NCBI RefSeq assembly: GCF_006345805.1
Contig: NC_042997.1
Coordinates: forward strand, 99,696,001 to 99,760,000
DNA length: 64,000 nt
From: Octopus sinensis
Lineage: Eukaryota
Direction of reading: 5' to 3'
Notes under the pieces: model-generated
Databases searched by the model: none
What the model was told of the DNA's origin: nothing
The model's input: only the letters and a program-made list of their open reading frames with translations
Translations under genes and position numbers: made by a program
In this document: positions 26,921 to 40,822 of the stretch, in pieces
Numbering within the stretch: the stretch's first letter is position 1
How the letters are laid out: the number at the start of each line of letters is the position of its first letter

Positions 26921-27289
26921 AATGGCACTCTGGCGCTTACGACGACAAGGCTTCTAGTTGATCCGATCAATGGAAAAGCCTGCTTGTGAAATTAATGTGC
27001 AAGTGGCTGAGACACGTGTACCCTTAACGTAGTTCTCGGGGATATTCAGCGTGACACAGAGTGTGACAAGGCTGGTCCTTTGAATTACAGGCACAACAGA
27101 AACAGGAAGTAAGAGGGAGAGAAAGTTGTAGTGAAAGAGTACAGCAAGGTTCGCCACCATCCCCTGCCAAAGCCTTGTGGAGCTTTGTTTGTTTTCGCTC
27201 AATAAACACTCATAACACCCAGCTTGGGAATCGAAACCGCAATCCTATGACCACGAGTCCGCTGCCCTAACAACTGGGCCATTGCGCCT

Positions 27290-27292
<3 letters not shown>
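26921..27292 (-). mobile_element. tRNA-derived SINE family C
   Basis: Minus-strand head tggaggcgcaatggcccagt.gttagggcagcggactc..ggtttcgattccc. Other copies: 17665-18028(-), 55784-56090(-), 14118-14455(+), 15200-15445(-), 27995-28215(+), 30765-31010(+), 56228-56510(+). Confidence 0.85.
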
Positions 27293-27352
<60 letters not shown>

Positions 27353-28407
27353 ATAGAAATAAGAAAATGGAGAAACAGTTTAGTTGGTTTATCAGCTTTA
27401 GGATATTAGAATGTTGACTTATTTATTTATTTAACAAAGTGAGAACCATAATAACATACATATATACATTAAAATTCAATACATATAAGATAAGAATACA
27501 ATTATAAAAACCTTAATATAAATTATTGGAATCATTAAAATCACTTTTACAGCTGTTTCAGCCTATGGAAAAAAGTAGTTTTCAGTGCCTATAGTTGTCA
27601 ATTATATTGAGGTTGTAGGCATTTAAAAATTAATGGTAATTAATGGTAAAATATTTCTTTACCTTCACCCATTTAATACAATAAGTAAGTTAATTGCATT
27701 GCAATTAAAAACACTTGTGTATTAATAATTTGGGTATTATACCAACAGTATATTGGATAAGGATTATCCCTTAGTGGGTTGGATCCACAACCCCTAACTT
27801 ACTTGGTGTATATATATCAGTATCAGCATCATCATCATCCTTATCATTTAATGTCCATTTTCCATGCTGGCATTGGCTGGATGGTTTGACATGGAGCTGG
27901 CCAGGTGGGGAGCTGTCCAGACTCCAAATGTCTGTTGTGACATGGTTTCAACAGCTGGATAACCTTCCTAATGCCATCCTCTTTACAGAGTGTACTGGGT
28001 GCTTTTTACAGTGCATGGCTTAGTGGTTAGGGTATTGCACTCACAATTAAGAGATTGTTGTTTTTATTCCAGACCAGACATTGCATTGTGTTCTTGAGCA
28101 AAACACTCTATTTCACATTGCTCTGTGACCATTTCATCATCTGACATGTGGCATATCGTGCACCTGCCAATTTGATGCAAGGAGTGAGTTATGTGCAGCA
28201 CAAAGATGGTCTAATACATACATACATACATACATACATACATACATACATACATACATACATACATACATACATAATACATACATACATGTATGTGTGT
28301 GTGTATGCATTTACTTATACACACAGACATGTTCATGCACACACACACTCTCTCTCTCTCACATGCACACACACATACACAAACATACACACACACATAT
28401 ATAACAT

Positions 28408-28640
28408 AAGGCGGCAAGCTGGCAGAATCATTAGCACGCCGGGCGAAATGCTTAGCGGTATTTCATCTGCCGCTACTTTCTGAGTTCAAATTCCGCCGAG
28501 GTCAACTTTGCCTTTCATCCTTTCAGGGTCGATAAATTAAGTACCAGTTACGCACTGAGGTCGATGTAATAGACTTAATCCATTTGTCAGTCCTTGTTTG
28601 TCCCCTCTATGTTTAGCCCCTTGTGGGTAGTAAAGAAATA
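28408..28640 (+). mobile_element. tRNA-derived SINE family B (central domain resembles MetaSINE)
   Basis: aaggcggc.agctggcagaatc...gagttcaaattccgccgaggtc.actttgcctttcatcctttc.gggtcgataaa. Other copies: 61276-61506(-), 3990-4220(-), 14805-15020(-), 43352-43755(-, two), and many in 49705-53920. Confidence 0.85.
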
Positions 28641-29208
28641 TATATAACATATATTATAATATAATATATTATATTATATAATATAATAAATATATACACA
28701 TAATAAATTATATTATACTATATTATATTATATATAAAATGAACTTTTAACTGGCAAGGAAATGCATTTGTCTCAAGTATAACAGGACATGACCACAAGT
28801 CAGTGTAAGCTTAGACTGTTTGTTTAACTGAGAAGGTTACAAATGATGGTTGCTTTAAATGATGATGTATAGCTGTCTGTTATTAACTTGGATTTGCAGG
28901 TTAAAAAGTCAACAAACAATAATGTACTCCTCTGCCAGTTAATTGGTTCACAAGATTGATGAGAATAAGCAGCATGAACTATACAGACTAATAGCTTATA
29001 ATTCTAATGACTTATAATACCTATATGTATACGTGTCTATATATGTTAGTGTGTGTGTGTATTCATATGTATGTATGTGTGTATGTATGTATGTGTGTAT
29101 GTATGTGCATATCTATTATAATTTCATCCTGCATGGCAGACTGACTGCACTCACAGACTTTTTATTAACAGTCAAAACATATTCTCAGTATTCCATGTGC
29201 ATTGCTTA

Positions 29209-30657
29209 AACACACACACACACACACACACACCACATACACACACAAACGTACGCCTTCGTTCATTCATTTTTGTGTCCACTTTTCCATGGTTGCACGG
29301 GTTGGATTGAACTCATTGAGGCAGAGTTTCTATGGTCTGGTGTCCTTCCTGTTGGTAACCTAAACTGTTTCAAAGTAAGGAATATTTCTCTATGCCCAGA
29401 CGTGCTTTCACAGAAGATAGGAAACAAAGGAACACTACTTGTTGCCTGCCCATGGGTACTTGCTATAATCTGATGATCTCACTTTTATAGCAGAATCTGT
29501 AGCAGAAACGGAAAAGAAATTCCAGGTATGGAAGCAAAACCTGGAATCAAAAGATCTTAATGTTAACCTAACAAAGACCAAAGTTGTAGTTAGCATGTAA
29601 GTGGGCAAGACACTCCTTCCATCTTCATAGTTGGAAAGCTGTTGAAAAGAATTCTATTCAATGCACCCAGTACAAGCTGTGGACACATAAGGAGCATAAT
29701 CAACAAGTTTCAGAGATGCAAATTTCACTCACAAAGCTTGAGTCAACTCGAGGGTATATGGTAGATGATGTCAATATAGGATGCCATAATCCACACAGTG
29801 GAACCAAATCTCTAACCATGAGGTTCCCAACAGAACTTCTTAACCACACAGCCATACCTGCACCTAAATATACATATGAGCATGCACACACTCACATACA
29901 CACACACTCACACACACACACACACACCACACAACACACACACACACACACAACACACACACACACACATACACACACAAACGTACGCCTTCGTTCATTC
30001 ATTTTTGTGTCCACTTTTCCATGGTTGCACGGGTTGGATTGAACTCATTGAGGCAGAGTTTCTATGGTCTGGTGTCCTTCCTGTTGGTAACCTAAACTGT
30101 TTCAAAGTAAGGAATATTTCTCTATGCCCAGACGTGCTTTCACAGAAGATAGGAAACAAAGGAACACTACTTGTTGCCTGCCCATGGGTACTTGCTATAA
30201 TCTGATGATCTCACTTTTATAGCAGAATCTGTAGCAGAAACGGAAAAGAAATTCCAGGTATGGAAGCAAAACCTGGAATCAAAAGATCTTAATGTTAACC
30301 TAACAAAGACCAAAGTTGTAGTTAGCATGTAAGTGGGCAAGACACTCCTTCCATCTTCATAAGTTGGAAAGCTGTTGAAAAGAATTCTATTCAATGCACC
30401 CAGTACAAGCTGTGGACACATAAGGAGCATAATCAACAAGTTTCAGAGATGCAAATTTCACTCACAAAGCTTGAGTCAACTCGAGGGTATATGGTAGATG
30501 ATGTCAATATAGGATGCCATAATCCACACAGTGGAACCAAATCTCTAACCATGAGGTTCCCAACAGAACTTCTTAACCACACAGCCATACCTGCACCTAA
30601 ATATACATATGAGCATGCACACACTCACACACACACACTCTCACACACACACACACA

Positions 30658-30688
<31 letters not shown>

Positions 30689-30689
30689 C
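29209..30689. repeat. Near-identical 732/733-bp tandem duplication bounded by (CA)n tracts
   Basis: Units start aaacgtacgcc at 29247 and 29979. The unique parts differ by one 1-bp indel (catag vs cataag). Confidence 0.9.
29470..29700 (+). mobile_element. RTE LINE RT fragment (duplicated at ~30203-30432)
   Basis: DDL.FIAESVAETEKKFQVWKQNLESKDLNVNLTKTKV...IQCTQYKLWTHK. Confidence 0.7.
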
Positions 30690-31924
30690 ATATGTTTTTG
30701 CAAAACATACTTGATGAAATTACAATATTTGAAGAAAGATCTTAAAAGTTATTCAATATTGTAGAGGCACATGGCTTAGTGGTTAAGGTGTTGGACTCAT
30801 GATTGTAAGATTGTAGTTTCAATTCCTAGACCAGGTGATATAATGTGTTTTCGAGCAAAATACTTCATTTCACATTGCTCCGGTCCACTCAGCTGGCAAA
30901 AATGAGTAATCCTGCAATGAACTGACATTACATCCAAGTGGAGAATGTATACGCTATGTAAACTTGGAAACCGACTCTATGAGTCTGACTTGAAAAGGAA
31001 CTCTTTTTCACTATTCAAATGGATTCACCATGTGAGATTGCATAAAGAACAAATTAAGAATTTATCCCTTAGAAATGTCCCATGTAATAAACACTTGTGC
31101 AAGAAATGTCCCATGTAATAAACATTTGTGCAAGTGGAAAATTCAAAACACTTGCTTTATTATTTTTTTCAAAATAAAGGAAACTGGTCTCCTAAGAATG
31201 GTAAAAGAAGAATACTTTATAAAAATTCTAAATCCAAAACTAAACTGGAAATAGCCAACACCATTACTAAAAACAACTTCATCTATATGGATTTGAAGTA
31301 TGACAATATCATTCAGTCAATTAAGGAATAAAACATCAGTTAACAAATAACTCTTTATTTTTCTTCTACTATGGTGAGCTACTACAGATTATTCCATAAC
31401 ACATGCGGTTGAACAACTGAACAATGAAAGTGCTTACATATAACATGAAAATTTCATTCCAAAAGGATTGTGTCAGTCTGCTGGGTTTTTTTTTTTTTGT
31501 AAGAATCTTTAAAACAGCTAAAAACTTTTAACAAAATCAATCAATCAGTTGGACAAACAGACAAGAGAACAAATGAACAAACAAAATAAATACACACACA
31601 CAAACACACACACACACAAACACACAAACACACACAAACACACACACAAACACACACATGGGCTTCTCAACAGTCCCTGTCTACTAAGTTTCACTCACAA
31701 GGCATTGGTCAGCATGAGGTAGAAGCCACAGACTGGAATTGAACGTAGAACCACATCATTACAAACTGAATTTTCTTAACCACACAGCCATGTTTTTGCT
31801 CATTATGCAATAAGGAACTACTGTTATTGACTGGTTTCCTAACACCAATATTAATTACTAAAGACTCTTCAGAAAGAATCCCAAGATAATGATGGACCAA
31901 ATAACAACATCCTTGATGCAAAGC

Positions 31925-32315
31925 TAATATAGGGAAAAGTAAACTTCACAGTAATGCAGTATGGTTTTGTTCTAGGATGTGAAACTACATATGTTTTTAT
32001 TTCTGGCGAGATAACTGTGGGAAGACTATTTGGAGAAGAACAAATAAACCCCACACCTTGCATTTGTTGATATAAGAAAAGTTGTTCCATAGGGGTTCCA
32101 TAATCTTTAGTAAGTTGGAAAATCTTGATGCTAGATGTGGAGAAATGGCTTGTGCAAGGATTAAACAAGTGTGTGCCAAAACTAGCATTGGGGAACAAGT
32201 GAACTCAAGCAATGAATATTTATGGTTTGGGAGGGCAGTTGTTATGGTTCTGCTTTTCAGCTATTTTCTATTCCTTCTGTCACTAGAAGCAACAATGGCA
32301 TTTGGCACTGGTTGG
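31925..32315 (+). mobile_element. RTE LINE RT fragment, heavily decayed
   Basis: QYGFV.G.ETT; EDYLEKNK.PHLAFVD; GSAFSYFLFLLSLEA..FGTG, spread across frameshifts. Confidence 0.7.
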
Positions 32316-32636
32316 AGGAAAAGGAGGAAAAGTGAACCATGTGACCTTACTCACACAGAAACACACACGTATATGTATGTGTGTGTGTATACATACACAC
32401 ACACACATATATATAATAACCAAGAACATGTGTGTTTCAAAAGACAATCGAAAGCACTCACACACACTTGAAAGAAACTTCTGGTTAGTGACATTCTGAT
32501 GAAAGTTAGTGAAGTTCTGTTAAAGAATTTACAACTTTTTTTTAAATAATTTTTTTTAAATCTTTTTTTTATACTTAGTAAAACTGTTGTTTCACAAAGA
32601 CTTTTAAATATGTGTGTGTGTGTGTGTGTGTATACA

Positions 32637-32693
<57 letters not shown>

Positions 32694-32694
<1 letters not shown>

Positions 32695-34478
32695 TAGTAG
32701 TAGTACCCAGCGTTGCACAGGTCTTAATAAATTACCATTCAACTGCGGAAAGATGAGGCCTTACACTTGAGGTTTTACCACGTTCGCGCAATGCTCTTCA
32801 GATTTCAAACCTTACTCCTCAGTCCAGCACAGATTAGAACCATACACACTTGTGGAATGCTTTTAAGGCCCATTGTGAGGCCAACGGTTTAGAAACACCT
32901 TTCCTAAGAGCTCACTGTCTGGCATCACTCTGAAAGCGATTATCACAGACTTGTAACATTTGGGAAGATTGAGCTGCAGCAGTGTTTGCAGCATCCATTG
33001 TCCAACGTCTATGGCACTGTTCCTCCTTCTCCTCGGCATGTGCATGCGGCATTAGCAGCTCGGTGACGTTTCCACTGGGGACTTGTTTCAGAAGCTCTTG
33101 CAGAAGCAGTAGATGCAGCATTAGCAGATTGGTAGCTTCCTCTGTCTCTGAAGCTCGAGCAGCTGCCATTGAAGAAGCATTCACGGTTCGGCAAGTTCTG
33201 CGTTGGTCTTCGGCTTCTGCAGCACAAGCAGTCGCAGATAAGATGGTAATAGTGGCCAGGTGAGTGTTTCACTGGTCATCTGTTTCAAGAGCTCTTCTGG
33301 TGGCCACATGTTCAGCAGCTTGTGACTGATGGATGGTAGTCTCCAACGACGATTCTGAAGATTGATTTCATCTTGATTCTTCTGCTTTAGCAGTATTTCG
33401 GCCAATGGTGAACCTCTTCCATTGTAGCATGACCTAAAAAGGGAGGTTGAGGAACACTTAGCTCCAGACAGAAGGATAAAAGCAAGCGGCTGACAGGATA
33501 TGTAAGTTTTAATGAAATATGTATGCGGGTATGAAGCCATAAGTACGTCTTAGTGGAGATATATCCATAAGGTGATTTAGTAGCAGTACGGTAAGCTGTG
33601 TTGCAATGGGAGCTGGCAATGAATCACATCACTTCTCAAGGGGGCGATTAACATGTTTTCCACTATCTGCATTCGTAAGCGGATGTCAATTGTAGTTTGT
33701 TCTATGCTGGAATAAAAACATGAATGCGAATTGTCAACAGATAATGTCTAGCAGCTGTACCGTGAAACCTGAGATAACGTTGCTTATCGATTCGCGAGGT
33801 AGAAGTATTTGTCAAAAGTCCTTCCACCTAGTTTGTCAATGAGAGGTGGTACTTTATGAATGTGTTCCAAGGGCATGAGGTGAAATGGCAAGGAGCAACA
33901 GAGGATGTAATAACAATTTTGTGACTTACTAACTGCAGCTGGATTAAAGGAGGAAGGGATAGGTTTGAGAGGATAGGTTGCAGTGGAAACATTGGAGCAG
34001 GATTGTGACTGGTGTTAGTGTAAACAAAAGTGGGGTTTTAAGTAAGATGCAGTAGCATAAATAAATCTGAATAATCTGGTGCCACATCAAATGCTGGACC
34101 AATAAACATATTGATTAAGTGGTACACAGCTTCATTGTGCTTCTGTAGTTCAGTTTCAGTCTTCCAGTCATCTGCTGAGTACTGTGACACCATGAAACTC
34201 TTTGGGTCAAACTGCAAATGTGTACCAAGTTTGGTTGAAATCGGATGACTTTTTGAAAAAATCGATAATTATCGATTGAGTTTTTGCGAAAACCGAACAT
34301 TGATTGAAGCAGTTGTTATGACTAAAACATGCCTTGGAACATACCAAATGCATGTCTGAAATTTCAATCAAATCGGTTAGGTGGAACTCGAATTATAAAC
34401 CTTTGAACTTGCACACACTCATGTACACATACACACTACACACTACACACACACACACACACACACACAGAGTTTCTG

Positions 34479-34528
<50 letters not shown>

Positions 34529-34530
34529 GA
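32694..34530 (-). mobile_element. Internally deleted Helitron
   Basis: A|TC 5' end at 34530, subterminal hairpin remnant (cctgtgcaacgctggg) and CTAG|T 3' end at 32694. The internal minus-strand remnant has 23-aa repeats like the RepHel N-terminus. Confidence 0.8.
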
Positions 34531-35390
34531 TACACACACATGTATACAGAGTGAGAGAAATAGGAGAGGAGAAGAAGAGAGTGAGAGAAAGTGATAGAGT
34601 GCAGTAGTATGTTATCAGCAAACTGAGGTGTCCAGCAGTGGTTGTGAAATTCAGGTAGGATCCATTTTATTTATAACTGAAGAGGGGTGAGTTAACATCC
34701 GGGATTCTCAAATTGACAAATATCAACCCTGGCCCTATAAAAATATATGATCTTTTGTATGCTCACCCCCGGCCCCAACCTTTCTCTTTATTCATGGCAA
34801 AATGAAATAAGGCTTGCATCTATATAAATTTTCTTCCTTGAATGTATTAAGCATGGCAATTTAGCTTCTCCCTTTGAAACCCTTAAGGGCATCCCCTATG
34901 AAAAACATTGGGCTAACTTTTATGATGTGGTGAGTTATTCCACCACCACAAAAAATTCTGACCTAAATACCATGCAAAATTTCAGACTGGGGCAAACAGA
35001 ATAATAATAATGATGATGATGGTGGTGGGGGCGGCAGCAACGGCGATGGCAATGATGAAGATGATGATAATGATGACGATGATGATAACTGAGTACTAAC
35101 ATAATGCAATGAGCAAAAAATTGTCAGATCGATTACACACAACTGAAATAACAAGGGTTCATCATCATCATTTTAACATTCACTTTGTCATGCTTGCATG
35201 AATGAGAATTTATTTGGGTAGATTTTTCTATAGTCTGACACTCTTCCTGTTACCAACTCTTACTTGTTTCTGAACAAGGTAATATTTCCTCACAGCCTGA
35301 CATTTTCATAGAATATTGGAAATGAATGACACCACTTGTATGACAATGATATTCATTTACAACTACCATGTGATGTCAAGACAAGGAGAC

Positions 35391-35437
<47 letters not shown>

Positions 35438-37457
35438 CACTTGCATGCATGCACATATGCATGCACGTGCACACACACACACATACATACATACACATGA
35501 CAAACTTCTTTCAGTTTCCATCAACCAAATTTACAAGTCTTTGGCTGGCCCAGGGCTATAGTAGAAAATACTTGCCCAAGGTGCCACACAGTAGGATTGA
35601 ACCTGGAACCACATGGCTGGGAAGCAGACTTCTTAACCACACAGCACACTGAACTTAACATATAAGCAGTCAGCACATGTATATCATCCAAAGCTAAAAC
35701 ATGGTTTAATACTTTCCATTTATAGTCAATCAACCTATTATCAAACATTCATAGTCAATTACTTTGTCTTACTATGACTAGACATATCCATCAATGGATA
35801 AGCAGCCTTAGTGTTTTCTAAATAAAATCAGCAGGATCTGAACTCCTCTTATGCTTACACCTACTTGCAGAATTAAACTGAAAGCTAGCAAAATACTTGT
35901 TATTCTCACAACACTACAGCTAATTAGAGCTGTATGTTAATACAAATCTATAGTACCCGCTTACATCAAGGTGGGCTAGGCTTTTTGAGACGTAAGTACT
36001 CAGATCAGAAACATGATGGAACTATTGGTTACAGAATACAAACTGCTAATCCCCTCAGTTGGTTTCTGCTATCTACAAATTGAACCATCTATACTCAAGA
36101 ATTGACATATATATTTATATATGTATGTGCGTGTGTTTGTGTGTGTGAGAGTATGTGTATGTTTGTGTCCCCTTGTTTTGACTTCATGTGATTGTAGTAA
36201 ATGTATGATATTCATTCTCAATATTGTGCAGAAACATGTCTGACCAAGGGGAAAATATTACCCTGATGGAAACAAATAAAAGTTGGTGACAGCATAGAAA
36301 CAATCTGCCTTAACCCTTTCATTACCAACCCGGCTGAAACCACCTCTGGATCTGAGTACAAATGTCTTGTTTTCATAAGTTTTGAATTCAAATCTTCCAC
36401 CAAACTTTAGTCACAATTTACGTTCCTAACACTAACTGAATGATGGCTAAGTTATTTTACTAAATTCTTTGTTATATTTAAAGTAATTGAAAAAAACACA
36501 GAGCATCTCAAAATAAATACAGTAACAAAAGGGTTAATAAACACTGCAAGCCTGGAAAAGTGGACATTAAAACAATGATGATGATGATGAGTTTATTACA
36601 TGTCTACAGGGTCCAATTTTTTGTTTTTGTTTTGGGGGTTTTCTTTTAGTTTTATTTTTTTAAAAGAAAGGTGCAGGTGGATCAAATGTCCTTATATAAC
36701 TAGTATTTGTTTTTATCAACCCTGGCAAGAGAAATGAAAAATGAATTTTATCAAGATTTGAAATCTGTAATAAAACTACGTTCTATAAAGCATTTTAGTC
36801 TTGGCATTCAACTGGTCCAACAATATTCATTATCCTTAACCCATTTGATACCAACCTGGTTGAAACCACCTCTGGCTCTGTAGTACAAATATCGTATTCA
36901 TGAATTTTGAATTAAAATCTTCCACCAAACATTAGTCACAGTTTATGTTCCTAACACAAGCTTAGTGATAACTAAGTTATTTCACTAAATTCTTTGTAAT
37001 ATTTAAAATTAATTGAAAGAAACACAGAGCATCTCAAGATAAATATGGTAACAAAAGGGTTAAGCATCAAAATATTAATACACAAAACATTCTGCAGAAA
37101 GCAAGACAAATTTTGAAACATCAAGAAATGAATGAAAAAATGAACATAGTGTTTTCCAAGTGTTAAATGACTAAAGTGGTTCTCCAGCATTGCAATTGTT
37201 GTGGGGGGGGGGGTGTATTCTTTTATTCTTTTACTTATTTCAGTCATTTGACTGCAACCATGCTGGAACACCACCTTGAAGGGTTTTAGTCAAACAAATC
37301 AGCCCCAGAACTTATTTCTTTTAAGCCTAGTACTTATTCTGTTGGCTTCTTTTGTAGAACTGCTAGGTTACAAGGACATAAACACACCAACAGTGGTTGC
37401 AAAGCAGTGATGGCGGGACAAACACAAAGACATGCACAAATGGACACACACACAAAC

Positions 37458-37498
<41 letters not shown>

Positions 37499-37757
37499 AT
37501 GACAGGTTTCTTTCAGTAACCATCTAGTAAATCCACTTACAAGGGTTTGGTCGGCTCAAGGCTAAAGTAGAAGACACTTGCCCCAAGGTTCCACGCAGTG
37601 GGACTGAACCTGGAACAATATAGTTGGGAAGCAAGCTTCCTACCATACAGCCACGTCATATATATATATATTGTTATACTTGGAGATGGTCATATTTATT
37701 GGATTTTCCCTTTAGTTTTATTTTTATTATTTTTAGTTTATTTTAGTTTATAAACTA

Positions 37758-37800
<43 letters not shown>

Positions 37801-37801
37801 T

Positions 37802-39593
37802 AAAATGTTTGATAAAATGTTTGATAAAAATATAAATCATCTCGTTTACATGGATGATTTAAAGCTTTTTGCAAAAAATGATCAACAACTCAAGGGCTTA
37901 CTAGCGATAGTCAAACAATTCAGTGACGACATCAGAATGCAATTCGGCCTCGATAAATGTGCAAAGGCTACCTTTATCAAAGGAAAAATGACAGAATGTC
38001 ATAAAAGAACTAGACCCAGCGGAGAGCTACAAGTACCTAGGGGTAATTGAAGGGAACGGAATAAGGCATTCAGAGATGAAGGAAAGGATCAGGAGAGAAT
38101 GCTATCGAAGAGTGAGAGCAATACTCAAGACAGAGCTGAATGCAAGAAACAGGATCGAAGCAATCAATGCATTAGCTATACCAGTCGTGACTTACAGTTT
38201 CAATATTGTTAACTGGTCAATTACTGAAATATGTCAGCTCGACAGAAAAATAAGGAAACTGTTGACAATGCATAGAATGCACCACCCTAAGGCAGATACA
38301 GAACGACTCTATCTGCCAAGAAAAGAGGGAGGCCGTGGTCTTTTGCAACTGGCAATAACAATGAAGATTGCTACAATTGGCCTAGACACCTACCTGAAAA
38401 ACTCTGAGGACTGGATGTTAAAACTTGTCTCAAAACATGAAAACAAGAAAGCATCATACTCAGTCACAAAACAGGCAAAGGAATATCTAAGTGAATTCCG
38501 AATACAACCAATTTCGGAATTAGAGATAGATATACAAGAAACAAGCACAGAAAAAGCTAGGCGCATGAAAACCCGTGCCAAAACTGCGGCCTTAGATATT
38601 CTGAATAATAAATGGCAAGAAAAACCTCTCTATGGCAAATACCCAAAGAGAGCGAATAATGCAGATATCGACAAAGCCCTGACCCATCAATGGCTAATGG
38701 CCTCTGGCTTAAAATCTGAAACAGAGGGGTTTATCATAGCAGCTCAAGATCAATGCCTACCAACAAGAAACTACCAGGCCAACATATTAAAGATCAGAAG
38801 CAGTCCAACGTGTCGTGTATGCAAGCAACAAAATGAAACCATTGACCATGTGGTCTCCAAGTGCAGTCTTCTAGCGCCTACAGAGTATCTCAACAGGCAC
38901 AATAGAGCTGCACAATATATTCACTGGTAATCTGTAAAAACCTGGATTTGCCCCATGAAAAAAACTGGTGGGAACACAAACCACCCCCAGTGCTTGAAAA
39001 TGACCACATCTCACTCCTCTGGAACTTCACCATTCAAACTGACAGGAAGATAGATGCAAATAGGCCAGACATCATATTGAAAGACTTCAAACAAAGAACA
39101 TGCCTCCTCATTGATATGACTGTCCCAATCGATATAAACGTATCTGTCAGGACCTACCAAAAACTGAGCAAATATAAAGATCTTGAAATAGAATCAGCAA
39201 AATGTGGAAGCTGAAGACTAAAACAATACCTGTTGTCATAGGTGCCCTGGGAATGATAGCAAAAGGGGCTGATAGCTACCTAACTCAGATACCAGGAAAC
39301 CCAAAAATGGCAGAAGTTCAAAAGATAGTGCTCATGGGAATTGCTCATATCCTACGCAAAATACTCTCTATGTAATCTCAAGGTTTAAAACAAACATAAT
39401 TTTCGGTTAAAAAAAAAAAAAAAAAAAAAAAACTTTTTTTTTTAGACATTCATTAGTACAACATCCCCACCCCCCAAATATATGGCACACTAGGCATAAA
39501 AACAACATGAACTTCCAACCCTGTTGTCTCTTGAGGTCTCTGGGTGAGACTTGGAGCCAACTTGTACAAATATAAAGCAAAAGTCAAACATAG
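37802..39593 (+). mobile_element. 5'-truncated R4/Dong-clade LINE inserted in (TAA)n
   Basis: RT motifs YMDDLKLF and FGLDKC; CRVC..ETIDHVVSKC zinc knuckle; RHN; RPDI..D..IDM..P...KYKDL restriction-like endonuclease; stop at 39373-39375; (TAA)n on both sides; three frameshifts. Confidence 0.92.
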
Positions 39594-39742
39594 AATAATA
39601 ATAATAATAATAGTAAAGCTGAAGTGAAGTTCAAATAAGCAGTCTGTTTAATTGGCAAAAGATGACCATCCCCAAGTATAACAATATCCATTTCAACATA
39701 CATCAAAAATCTTGCAAAATACATACGTAAACACACACACAC

Positions 39743-39779
<37 letters not shown>

Positions 39780-40634
39780 TGTGTGCGTGTGTATGTGTGT
39801 GTATTTGTGTATGTGTGTTTGTGTGTGTGTGTATGTGCGCATGTTCTGGTCAGAACATGTTTTAGTCCAAAAGGATGGAGAGACTTCACTGTTTCATTGC
39901 TTAACACAGGCCATGTAAGTCAAACACAACATATCTTTCTTAAACAGAGACAACTGTACCTGACTTGATAGTGAAAATTGACATTTAGCTTAAACCTTAG
40001 TTTCTTTATTTTCATGGTTTTTGTGTTGGTTTTTCGTATTGCCATGTGTCATATAATGCACAAGTGAATATGTTTTTCTTAGGTGTGTACTGGGAGGGGA
40101 ATGTGCTTAACTTGTTAGAAGAGGTCAACAAATGGGTTAAATTTAGGTTGGTTTTATGTGCTAACTATTTTGATACTCAGGCACAGACATGGATGGCTGT
40201 GTGGTTAAAAAGTTTGCTTCCCAGCTATGTGGTCTTGGGTTCAGTCTCACTGCATGGCACCTTGGGCAAGTGTCTTCTACTATGGATATAGGCTGACTTA
40301 AGACCTGTGAGTGAATAGAGTAGACAGAAACTGAAAGAAGCTGTCATATGTGTGTGTGTGTGTATGAGAGAGAGAGAGAAAGAGAGAAAGAAACAGAGAG
40401 ATGGTTTGTAAATGTGCATTAGCATCATACAAGTAGGGTTGATCATTTCCTGTCTTCCATGAAAAATATGTCTATATTAACCATGCTTGGAAACAGGTGA
40501 AAATTGGTGACAGAAAAGGAATCTAGCTATAGAAAATCTACCTCAACAAATTCCATCTGACCCATGCAAGCTTGGAAAAGTGTGGATATTAAAAAAAAAT
40601 AAAAATAAAAAATAATAATAATAATAATAATAAT

Positions 40635-40782
40635 AAAACACATAATTTTCTTATGGTTTCTTAAACATTCTCTAGAACAACACCATGTACAAAACCAAAT
40701 ATTTGGCACCCTAGGCATAACACCAATATGAACTTCCAACTTGTTGTCTTTTGAGTGAGACTTGGAGCCAACTTGTACAAAT

Positions 40783-40815
<33 letters not shown>

Positions 40816-40822
40816 TAATAAT
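40635..40822 (+). mobile_element. Short 3'-UTR copy of the same R4/Dong family, flanked by (TAA)n
   Basis: Shares ggcac.ctaggcata..atgaacttccaac and gtgagacttggagccaacttgtacaaat with 39480-39575. Confidence 0.85.

Noticed and set aside
27220-27292. tRNA-like sequences here and in other SINE heads
   Set aside because: They run straight into SINE bodies and lack a complete cloverleaf, so they are not tRNA genes.
37671-39684. 23-bp inverted repeats flanking the Dong insertion, with apparent C-to-T conversion of the left arm
   Set aside because: The inverted repeat is real, but the arm alignment is low-complexity and cannot support a hypermutation claim.
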